64,000 nt of DNA from a virus. Shown here piece after piece: positions 37,632-44,805 of the stretch; the first letter of the stretch is position 1, and every line of letters starts with the position of its first letter. The DNA lies in IMG/VR virus record IMGVR_UViG_3300033049_000041, positions 1-64,000 of that record, one strand, 5' to 3'. Position numbers and translations under genes: made by a program. A model generated the notes under the pieces. It was not told the origin of the DNA, ran no database searches, and saw only the letters and a program-made list of their open reading frames with translations.

Positions 37632-37967
37632 TTAAAGATGAAATACCATGGGTTCTTTGAACTTAAATTCTTTAACTTCACCCTTCTCTTTTTCCCTAAG
37701 AATAACTAAGTGTACTTCAATATCTCCATTCGAATCTACTTTTAAGTCAATGATATTAACTTTATCAGTATCTTCATATTGATAGCTACTTCCTTCAGTT
37801 TGCTCTTTAAAGTTTTCTGACTTTAAATGAATATCAACCCTTTCTGTGAAAGTTGCATATAATTCTTCTTTTAAACTTGAGAAGATTTGCACTGCATTTC
37901 TAATCACTTCTACTTTCTGCATCTCTGGTTGAGCTTGCTCCCCGTTCTTTACTTCTAAATTATCCAT
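37632..37967 (-). CDS. Hypothetical protein
   Basis: 111 aa ORF. Confidence 0.6.
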   Translation of the reverse strand: MDNLEVKNGEQAQPEMQKVEVIRNAVQIFSSLKEELYATFTERVDIHLKSENFKEQTEGSSYQYEDTDKVNIIDLKVDSNGDIEVHLVILREKEKGEVKEFKFKEPMVFHL

Positions 37968-38037
37968 TGACTGATTTTAGTCATTACTCTCAAATACATA
38001 GTATGTATTTTCTTTCTTTCTTTTTTTCCCTACTTAG

Positions 38038-38111
38038 CACAGGACATAGGACTTGAACCTACAACCGTCTGGTCTGGAATCAGATGCTCTGCCAAATTGA
38101 GCTAATCCTGT
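38038..38111 (-). tRNA. tRNA-Trp(CCA)
   Basis: AC TCTGA-TTCCAGA-CCAGA, G73. Confidence 0.88.
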
Positions 38112-38119
38112 GTGTATTC

Positions 38120-38521
38120 TTAAATTCTATCCTCTAAGAGTTCTATTTTCTCTTGTATGTGTGTAAACTTCCTTGGGTCTGTACGTTCTACATACTTAAC
38201 ACGTTCGTCCTTTAGAGCAAGTATTTGTAGTCTTATACGGTCTTTTATTGCTTGGTCTTTTAAATAGTTCTGTAACTTGTACAAGAATGGTATTCTTATC
38301 TTTATACTGAATTCTATATCACCATTAATTAATGGTACTGCACCATTCCAAAAATTAAGAAATGCAGTAATAACTAGTATACCCAGTGAAACAACTTCAA
38401 AGATAGTGTTTGGTCCAATTGTTACATCTTCAAACCAAAAACAACTACAGAATACTAAACTATAAACATTAATCAAACCTAATAACCACCATCCAATGTT
38501 CTTATCATTAATCTCTATCAT
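38120..38521 (-). CDS. Membrane protein
   Basis: Two N-terminal hydrophobic segments. Confidence 0.6.
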   Translation of the reverse strand: MIEINDKNIGWWLLGLINVYSLVFCSCFWFEDVTIGPNTIFEVVSLGILVITAFLNFWNGAVPLINGDIEFSIKIRIPFLYKLQNYLKDQAIKDRIRLQILALKDERVKYVERTDPRKFTHIQEKIELLEDRI

Positions 38522-38554
38522 CTCTTACACTTTACCTCACTTAATGAATAATAG

Positions 38555-38628
38555 TAATCTGCACGGGGATCGAACCCGTAACCTCTAGGATGAAAACCTA
38601 GCGTCCTAACCAATTAGACCAGCAGATC
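38555..38628 (-). tRNA. tRNA-Glu(TTC)
   Basis: AC CTAGG-TTTTCAT-CCTAG. Confidence 0.92.
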
Positions 38629-38706
38629 GTAAATAAATAAATAAATAGGTGGCTGCGTGTATACCCAGCTCTTTTCTCTCACACTTACTTAGAGACCTAT
38701 TTAAAA

Positions 38707-38822
38707 TAAGGGGAACTAAAGTAAAGATAGTAATATGGCGGCATCGAAACCGCAACTCTTGAATAAAAATCAAACGCTAAACCAATTAGCACGAAGTAAC
38801 TATCTTAATCAGTATCCCCTTA
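38707..38822 (-). ncRNA. Module-bearing tRNA-like RNA 5 (module replaces the acceptor end)
   Basis: TAAGGGGA-TACTGA-TT-AAGATAGT-TACTTCG, D arm GCTA/TAGC, AC TTGA-TTTTTAT-TCAA, T arm GCGG/CCGC, closed by ACTATCTT and TCCCCTTA. Confidence 0.8.
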
Positions 38823-38835
38823 AATCTTAAATATC

Positions 38836-39168
38836 TTATAAGTCTTGGATAGTTAGTTTATAATTATCCAATTCTTTTCTTCTCTTATTAATAGCTGGTG
38901 GCATACCTAATCCTACAGCTTCAACCGTTTTCTTTGTATTGTAGTACATATCCGCTATCACACGTTCTTTGTACTTATCATCTAACTTTGAGTAAACTTC
39001 TTTACTTGGGAAATCCCATGTTGCTTTACCACTTTTAGGTGTAGTAACTGTAACTCCTGCTTCTGTAGCAGCCTGTGTAATTTCTTTTACTAATTCAGGA
39101 CTATTACCTTTAAAAGATAACAATCGACGTATTGCACTCGAAAATCCAAATCCTACAATTATTTTCAT
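38836..39168 (-). CDS. Hypothetical protein
   Basis: 110 aa ORF, ATGA-coupled to the upstream gene. Confidence 0.65.
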   Translation of the reverse strand: MKIIVGFGFSSAIRRLLSFKGNSPELVKEITQAATEAGVTVTTPKSGKATWDFPSKEVYSKLDDKYKERVIADMYYNTKKTVEAVGLGMPPAINKRRKELDNYKLTIQDL

Positions 39169-39578
39169 CTTTTTCTTCCTTTTATTTGAGGGTTATTTCC
39201 TTCAGCCTTAGCTAGTTGCTGTGCTAAATAAACACTCTCATTGTTCTTTATTAATCCTGCAATCTTTTTAGTAGTCTCTTTATCCATAGAGGATTGTTTC
39301 GTAAATGATTCAGCAAGTTCGTCTGAAACTCTTCCATATCCAGGTGGATTCCAAGAGTCCCATCTAATAGCTTTGCTACCAGCAAATCTAAGTAGGTAAT
39401 ATCCTTTTGTCATAAAGTTAAGAGAAAGTGTGCCTAAGTAGCTTAATATAAACCATCCAGCCTTTATCTCTTCGTCGGTAAGCTTAGTATCATCCAATTC
39501 TAGTAGTTCATCTTCTTCAAGAATTTTTCTAATTAAATCCTTGCGTCCATTTCGGGTAGTATCATTTTTATAGTCCAT
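39165..39578 (-). CDS. Hypothetical protein
   Basis: 137 aa ORF. Confidence 0.65.
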   Translation of the reverse strand: MDYKNDTTRNGRKDLIRKILEEDELLELDDTKLTDEEIKAGWFILSYLGTLSLNFMTKGYYLLRFAGSKAIRWDSWNPPGYGRVSDELAESFTKQSSMDKETTKKIAGLIKNNESVYLAQQLAKAEGNNPQIKGRKR

Positions 39579-39600
39579 GATAAGTATAGATATTGGTTAG

Positions 39601-39658
39601 TTGCGAGAAAAGGAGTCGAACCTCTACAAAACTGCTCTACCAGTTAAGCTACCTCGCA
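39601..39658 (-). ncRNA. Anticodon-less mini-tRNA (58 nt)
   Basis: TGCGAGG/TCTCGCA-A-CTA, D arm GCTT-AACTGGTA-GAGC, short linker, T arm AGAGG-TTCGACT-CCTTT. Confidence 0.72.
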
Positions 39659-39662
39659 ATCA

Positions 39663-39935
39663 TTAACAATCGCCATTACAAGGATACTGACAAGTACCCA
39701 TATAACTGCAGTTTTGTGTCATACCTGTGGGAGAATCTGAATCATCCCAAGGTTCATTTATTAAGTAATTAGGATTATCAATTCGTTTCATTGCAATTCC
39801 TAATCTTATATTACCATTACTATTACGCATAATAACTATGCCTTCTCTATATCTAGCATTACGTTTATCTTTACGTATTTTATTCTTTTTTGCTTTGTAT
39901 TTCTTCTTTCTCTCCTTATCCTGTTCACTTGCCAT
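39663..39935 (-). CDS. Basic hypothetical protein with Cys-rich C-terminus
   Basis: CSYMGTCQYPCNGDC tail. Confidence 0.6.
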   Translation of the reverse strand: MASEQDKERKKKYKAKKNKIRKDKRNARYREGIVIMRNSNGNIRLGIAMKRIDNPNYLINEPWDDSDSPTGMTQNCSYMGTCQYPCNGDC

Positions 39936-39948
39936 TATATAGTTTTAG

Positions 39949-40095
39949 CCGCAAAGATGGGAATCGAACCCATAATCTCCTACTGCGATAGGTATCGTTG
40001 CCTTCTGAATACGTAACTTCTAAGTGAGTAGATGCATCTACTTATATATATAAACGTACTGTAAATAAAGACTTTCCTATTTCGACGACTTTGCT
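39949..40095 (-). ncRNA. tRNA-like RNA with a large insertion in the D loop
   Basis: GCAAAG/CTTTGC, D stem GTCG/CGAT around ~85 nt including palindrome AGTAGATGCATCTACT, CCTA-TCGCAG-TAGG, T arm ATGGG-TTCGATT-CCCAT. Confidence 0.6.
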
Positions 40096-40111
40096 AGAAG
40101 TTATCTTTATC

Positions 40112-40369
40112 TTAAACTAATCTTTCTAAATGTGGAAAGATTTCTAAAAAAGTATCATTATCAATAGTACTTCCATATTCTTCTAAATTACGCCATTGTC
40201 GTAAAGTGAACGCATATTCGGGTTCAAAACCAGTAGTTTCTTCGCTAATATTACAATTTCTTACAGAAAGTAATGCGCCAACTTGTTCTTTAGTAATATC
40301 TGCGTCTTCTAACTTAGAGTTGCTGTCAAATACTTTTTGTAGTTTAGCTACTAGTTCAATTACCTTCAT
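40112..40369 (-). CDS. Hypothetical protein
   Basis: 85 aa ORF. Confidence 0.6.
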   Translation of the reverse strand: MKVIELVAKLQKVFDSNSKLEDADITKEQVGALLSVRNCNISEETTGFEPEYAFTLRQWRNLEEYGSTIDNDTFLEIFPHLERLV

Positions 40370-40397
40370 TTTGTGTTATAGTTTAAATAATATAAAA

Positions 40398-40470
40398 AGA
40401 CTACGACAGGAATCCAACCTGCGTTCTCAGGTTTTGCAGACCTGTGCCTAAAGCATTCAGCCACGTAGTC
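40398..40470 (-). tRNA. tRNA-Cys(GCA)
   Basis: GACTACG/CGTAGTC, U73, AC CAGGT-CTGCAAA-ACCTG; T loop TTGGATT. Confidence 0.88.
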
Positions 40471-40498
40471 ATATTAACTTATCTTGAGCTAACAGATA

Positions 40499-40828
40499 TT
40501 AACATCTCATTAACTCATCTGATCTATTTTTCTTACTATGAAGATGAACAACTGACTCAGCGAATACCTTATTCTGCTTTTCAAGCATATGCTCTATCTT
40601 ATCCTTATAACTCTCATGGATAGTATCTAATGCAGTTACTTCTACTTCACTCAATCCCTTATTAATCTGTGGGTCAATATCATGTTTAAAAGCTAAATTT
40701 AAATGAGCTTGAATACAATCAATTTGACCTGAATTAATTACTCTTGTACTTTCGTTCCATACTCCTCCCTGTGCTTCGGCTATCTCAAAGAATCCTTGTA
40801 GCCAGAAGCAAAAATCTCTTGCATCCAC
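40499..40828 (-). CDS. Hypothetical phage protein
   Basis: FCFWLQGFFE...IQAHLNLAF N-terminal pattern. Confidence 0.65.
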   Translation of the reverse strand: MDARDFCFWLQGFFEIAEAQGGVWNESTRVINSGQIDCIQAHLNLAFKHDIDPQINKGLSEVEVTALDTIHESYKDKIEHMLEKQNKVFAESVVHLHSKKNRSDELMRC

Positions 40829-40834
40829 TTTGTT

Positions 40835-41026
40835 CTAATTTAAAGGTATATTACACGTTAGGTAATAATATAGTTTCGTTACTAACAAATCCCCTGATAT
40901 TAAGAATGTAGCTAAAGCTATTACTAATACCATTATTCCTAAGCTATTTTTTACTTTAACTACACGTAGTATTAATAGTATTATGCCACTAATACATACT
41001 GTAACTATCAAAATTGTTGTTATCAT
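40835..41026 (-). CDS. Small membrane protein
   Basis: Two hydrophobic helices. Confidence 0.55.
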   Translation of the reverse strand: MITTILIVTVCISGIILLILRVVKVKNSLGIMVLVIALATFLISGDLLVTKLYYYLTCNIPLN

Positions 41027-41041
41027 TTTATCTCTTTTTAG

Positions 41042-41114
41042 TGGTACTATTAGGAATTGAACCTAAGACCTTCGGTTTTTCAGACCAACGCTCTACCAAC
41101 TGAGCTATAGTACC
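41042..41114 (-). tRNA. tRNA-Phe(GAA)
   Basis: GGTACTA/TAGTACC, AC TTGGT-CTGAAAA-ACCGA. Confidence 0.92.
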
Positions 41115-41178
41115 TTGCACCATAATGAAGTGTACACTTCCGCAGAGCTTATGGTAAACTATTAGTCTGCTATTATCT

Positions 41179-41439
41179 TTACTTTGTATAATCTTCTTCA
41201 TTAAGTAACACACATCCTGCTTCTTCTAGTACCTTCTCATCTTGAGTCCAAAATGAACCATATGGAAATTGTATGGGGTAATAAGTTTCATACCATATTC
41301 CACCTTTCCATTTACGATACCATTTATAAACATTTGGAGTATAATTATAACCCAAAGTAATTATAAGTAAAAACTTGAATATTAAGTATATTACTACCTT
41401 ATCTAAAAACCAATTTATTTTAGCTTTAAACTGTATCAT
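41179..41439 (-). CDS. Hypothetical protein
   Basis: 86 aa ORF. Confidence 0.5.
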   Translation of the reverse strand: MIQFKAKINWFLDKVVIYLIFKFLLIITLGYNYTPNVYKWYRKWKGGIWYETYYPIQFPYGSFWTQDEKVLEEAGCVLLNEEDYTK

Positions 41440-42253
41440 AAGTCTTCTTGAATATACCAGGCTTACATGGATATAATTCTCCTTCTAAACCTTTGATTAT
41501 ATAATCACCCTTATTAGCTCGCATATCTCCTTCTAAGGTGCGAATTATAGGGTCTGGATTAGGAGGATACAAATTACGAGTACCTTCACTAGATAGCTCT
41601 TTAATTGCTTCCCATGCTTCATTAGTACCATCCCACAATACTGCTTGAATAACTACTGGTTTCTTACGATAGTTTTTAGTCAAACTAAGACTATCTGCAA
41701 AGTCTACTATCTCTTGCTTATCTGCATCAGACGTAGCATCGTAGTGTTTCTTAATAGCTTCTTTGACTAGCTTAATATCCGCTTCAGACCATTCTTTAGG
41801 TAAAATACCCATAGCAGGAACTTCACTTAAACTAGCATAGGGAATATCATCTTTATGGAATATCAAAAAGTGACTAGTTATACTATCTACTATAACAAAT
41901 AATTTTACTACATCTTTAACGTTAGTTTCAAATGACCATCCAGTATATTCAGAACTGGCACCATAAGTACCTTGTATCCAAATTGTTTCTAGTCCAACAT
42001 CATCGAAATTAGGACATGCTGCTTCATTATCGCAATAATTCTTAACTACTCCTTCAGTATTGATGTAGTATTTCTCTTCTCCGTAGACTTCATCATAAAT
42101 AGCTCCATCTAATTCTATACAGTCATCTGAATGACCATACACAATAATTAGACCTTGTTCTTTAGCTAACTCTGTATGTCTATTAAATACTTCTCCAGCT
42201 AACATAATATCCTCAGCTAATGCTACTGCTTCTACTTTACTTTCTGCTTTCAT
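41426..42253 (-). CDS. Two-domain phage protein with C-terminal PGDYG-like domain
   Basis: YRKKPVVIQAV...IRTLEGDM...GDYIIKG..GELYPCKP. Confidence 0.7.
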   Translation of the reverse strand: MKAESKVEAVALAEDIMLAGEVFNRHTELAKEQGLIIVYGHSDDCIELDGAIYDEVYGEEKYYINTEGVVKNYCDNEAACPNFDDVGLETIWIQGTYGASSEYTGWSFETNVKDVVKLFVIVDSITSHFLIFHKDDIPYASLSEVPAMGILPKEWSEADIKLVKEAIKKHYDATSDADKQEIVDFADSLSLTKNYRKKPVVIQAVLWDGTNEAWEAIKELSSEGTRNLYPPNPDPIIRTLEGDMRANKGDYIIKGLEGELYPCKPGIFKKTYDTV

Positions 42254-42264
42254 TCACTTACTAA

Positions 42265-42627
42265 TTAACTAGTTAGTTGCAATCTAAATCTACATTGTAA
42301 ACTTAGAGTATGCGATAACTCTTTCTTTCCTGCTATCTTATCTAAACCAGATTCAATGAAAATAATATCAATTAGATTTATCTTCTTAGACTTAAATAAT
42401 TTCCTATAACCTCTCTTAGTATAATTAAGAGCTGTTCTAAGTTCCTTATTCGAGATATTATTCTCTTTCATGTAATCTTTAATTACACCTAGAAGAATAT
42501 CATAAATACCTACTGTAACTAACCAAGCATTACTATCAGTATCACTCATAGCAGTAGTTGCTTGTACAAATAAGTCCTTTATATCATCCTTATTAATTGG
42601 CTTATTATTCTTAAATTTCTTACTCAT
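42265..42627 (-). CDS. Putative HTH protein
   Basis: IKDYMKENNISNKELRTALN XRE-like pattern. Confidence 0.45.
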   Translation of the reverse strand: MSKKFKNNKPINKDDIKDLFVQATTAMSDTDSNAWLVTVGIYDILLGVIKDYMKENNISNKELRTALNYTKRGYRKLFKSKKINLIDIIFIESGLDKIAGKKELSHTLSLQCRFRLQLTS

Positions 42628-42654
42628 AGATAGTTTATTATTGTTTAGAAATAG

Positions 42655-42740
42655 TGGGAATGGTAGGACTCGAACCTACACCTTTACCGCTAGGGACTAG
42701 ATTTACAGTCTAGCTGCTTGACCAATTTGCATACACGCCC
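42655..42740 (-). tRNA. tRNA-Tyr(GTA)
   Basis: AC CTAGA-CTGTAAA-TCTAG, long variable arm. Confidence 0.9.
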
Positions 42741-42747
42741 ATTTTAT

Positions 42748-42945
42748 TTAATATTCCATTTCTATGGAATCAGGTAGTATACCATAATTAAGATAATTAT
42801 CGTATTCTTTTAAAGTCTTTTGTAACTGCTCCTCATCTTTAATATCTCTATCAAAGTTTGTAACAGTCACTATAATAAAACATAACTGAATAGCTATAAG
42901 CATACTCCATGCCGTAGCAATGAATTGCTTATAGCTAAAATTCAT
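42748..42945 (-). CDS. Small membrane-anchored protein
   Basis: N-terminal hydrophobic helix. Confidence 0.55.
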   Translation of the reverse strand: MNFSYKQFIATAWSMLIAIQLCFIIVTVTNFDRDIKDEEQLQKTLKEYDNYLNYGILPDSIEMEY

Positions 42946-42962
42946 GGGTTTTAGGATTTAGT

Positions 42963-43508
42963 TTAATTAGATTTATTTATTGCTCTGCTCCGAATTAATT
43001 TCTCTACGAAATTATTAGCATGGGATAAAGACCCATTACCATGTAGTATATAACATTGTGCCTCAACTACATTATCAATTTTTCTTTCCCATTTAATAGA
43101 TATAGGCTCTACTATATTTCCATGAATGTCTACTACATCTACTATCCAAAAAGACATTGTGTTAAGTAGTAAATCATTTTTATAGTATTTATCTCTAATG
43201 TATATCTCTTTCTTACTGTCTAGTAATTTAGTATTTATGGTAATTTGATTATCTCTGTAGTAGTACATATCATAAGGCGTACCATCTATGATAATACCAA
43301 TACCATTCTTTTCCACCTTAAATGATGTATGGCTTCGAAATAACTTTTTAGTTGCAGAAGTGTCATAAGGATATATAGTCATATCTGCTACATCACTGCC
43401 TACAATGCATTCTGTAGTAAAAAAATAATTAGGATGTACTTCTCTTACAGTTTGAGCATAAAGAGTAAACGTAAGACTCACTAATAGGAGTATTAATAAA
43501 TGTTTCAT
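42963..43508 (-). CDS. Secreted hypothetical protein
   Basis: Signal peptide MKHLLILLLVSLTFTLYA-Q. Confidence 0.7.
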   Translation of the reverse strand: MKHLLILLLVSLTFTLYAQTVREVHPNYFFTTECIVGSDVADMTIYPYDTSATKKLFRSHTSFKVEKNGIGIIIDGTPYDMYYYRDNQITINTKLLDSKKEIYIRDKYYKNDLLLNTMSFWIVDVVDIHGNIVEPISIKWERKIDNVVEAQCYILHGNGSLSHANNFVEKLIRSRAINKSN

Positions 43509-43542
43509 AATTTTTTAGTTAATGTTTAGAAAATAATTATAG

Positions 43543-43615
43543 AGCTGGAAACAGGACTTGAACCCGCAACATCCTGATTACAACACAGGTGTTCTACCAA
43601 TTGAACTACTCCAGC
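43543..43615 (-). tRNA. tRNA-Thr(TGT)
   Basis: GCTGGAG/TTCCAGC, AC CCTGT-GTTGTAA-TCAGG. Confidence 0.88.
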
Positions 43616-43623
43616 TTTTTTTG

Positions 43624-43697
43624 TACCGTCAATAGGATTCGAACCTATAATCTTTTGATCCGTAATCAAATGCCTTATCCAGTTAGGCTATGTCGGC
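43624..43697 (-). tRNA. tRNA-Arg(ACG)
   Basis: AC TTTGA-TTACGGA-TCAAA, A20 in D loop. Confidence 0.9.
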
Positions 43698-43705
43698 ATA
43701 ATTCT

Positions 43706-44011
43706 TTATACCGTTGGGTATAAGGAATCAATTTTTTGAATTGCTGTATAAGGTGAACCTTTTGATGTTGAAATGTTCGTAAAACCATTTTCTTCATTAA
43801 TTATAGATTCAGCTTCTATAATTGCACCATTATTTTTTACTCCATAACTACCTGTAGTTTTATTAGTAGCAGGGTCTATATCTCCCCATACTGCTCTATA
43901 AGTTACGTTTGGCTTAATAGGTTCAACTAAATATAGTTTACCTGTTCTTGTTGAATATACAGTATGTCTACCGTCTTTTCCCATTTTCTCTCTCCACTTT
44001 TCTCCAGACAT
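43706..44011 (-). CDS. Hypothetical protein
   Basis: 101 aa ORF, WGDIDPAT motif. Confidence 0.65.
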   Translation of the reverse strand: MSGEKWREKMGKDGRHTVYSTRTGKLYLVEPIKPNVTYRAVWGDIDPATNKTTGSYGVKNNGAIIEAESIINEENGFTNISTSKGSPYTAIQKIDSLYPTV

Positions 44012-44033
44012 AATATTAATTTTTAATAATTAG

Positions 44034-44107
44034 TAGCGATGGTAAGATTCGAACTTACGACCCCTTCCGTGTAAAAGAAGTGCTCTAAACCCCTGAGCTA
44101 CACCGCT
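44034..44107 (-). tRNA. tRNA-Val(TAC)
   Basis: AC CTTCT-TTTACAC-GGAAG. Confidence 0.92.
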
Positions 44108-44119
44108 ATATTGTCCACT

Positions 44120-44132
44120 ATGTCAAAAAACT
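44120..44132 (-). promoter_or_regulatory. boxA-like antitermination motif in tRNA spacer
   Basis: AGTTTTTTGACAT resembles TTCTTTGACAT seen in stable-RNA operons. Confidence 0.3.
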
Positions 44133-44198
44133 TTATGTTAAATACTTTCCAGTAAAACCACATAAATCAATGAAATATTAAATACTTTCCATTAATCG

Positions 44199-44280
44199 AG
44201 GCGAGCAGAAGATTCGAACTCCGAAGTTTAACCTACCCATGGCGTTCAAAACCAATTTACTACCGTTAGCGGTACTCGCC
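44199..44280 (-). tRNA. tRNA-Ser(TGA), atypical 8/4 fold
   Basis: 8 bp acceptor GGCGAGTA/TGCTCGCC, 4 bp T stem GGAG/CTTC, loop TTTGAAC, long variable region. Confidence 0.7.
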
Positions 44281-44294
44281 TATCACTTGAATCG

Positions 44295-44379
44295 AGGAAG
44301 ATACAGGACTCGAACCTGTGCAGGTGTTACCCTGACCATTCCTTAGCAGGGAAGTGCGTTACCACTCAGCCAATCTTCC
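44295..44379 (-). tRNA. tRNA-Ser(GCT)
   Basis: GGAAGAT/ATCTTCC, loop CTGCTAA, long variable arm. Confidence 0.92.
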
Positions 44380-44386
44380 TTTAAAA

Positions 44387-44531
44387 ATAACATATCCCTC
44401 GCTTTTACGGGTTCGATTCCGTCCGATGCATTGCTTGATTGTTACAACTAAGTCTCGTCAAAGACAAAGTTTTTTTCACAATCCGAGGAGAAAGCGCCCA
44501 CTGTCATACTACCTTTTATTCGATATGTTAT
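44387..44531 (-). ncRNA. Unknown structured RNA (~145 nt)
   Basis: Nested pairings ATAACATATC/GATATGTTAT, CGCTTT/AAAGCG, GATTGT/ACAATC, GTCT/AGAC; strand assumed from context. Confidence 0.5.
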
Positions 44532-44573
44532 GCTAATCAAAATCAATCAAAATCAAAATCTATGAAAATTTCG

Positions 44574-44647
44574 TGATTCTAGAAGGAGTCGAACCTTCAA
44601 CCCCCGCCTTAGAAGGGCGGTGCTCTATCCAGTTGAGCTATAGAACC
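44574..44647 (-). tRNA. tRNA-Arg(TCT)
   Basis: AC CCGCC-CTTCTAA-GGCGG. Confidence 0.93.
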
Positions 44648-44651
44648 AAAA

Positions 44652-44800
44652 TAACAAGCAAACGAAAATACATAGACTGAAAATTAATGTGCCAGATTTA
44701 CTATCTAGTGCCTTAACCATTTGGCTAATTCGGCATGAAGCCAAATACAGGACTCGAACCTATAATACGAAGTAAGTCTATGTTTTAGTATTGCTTGTTA
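44652..44800 (-). ncRNA. Module-bearing RNA 6: circularly permuted tRNA opened at the variable loop
   Basis: TAACAAGCAA-TACTAA-AA-CATAGACT-TACTTCG, then T arm, closed acceptor ATTTGGC-TTCAT-GCCGAAT, D arm, AC CTAGA-TAGTAAA-TCTGG, closed by AGTCTATG and TTGCTTGTTA. Confidence 0.82.
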
Positions 44801-44805
44801 ACTCT

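Noticed and set aside
41028-41213. 61 aa minus-strand ORF; likewise 51783-51995, 53335-53529 and the 5' extensions of 25662-26045 and 31470-31841
   Set aside because: They run through tRNA, tRNA-like or tmRNA genes, or lie out of frame inside the TROVE gene
44535-44560. Short AATCAA tandem repeat
   Set aside because: Low-complexity spacer between RNAs with no supporting structure
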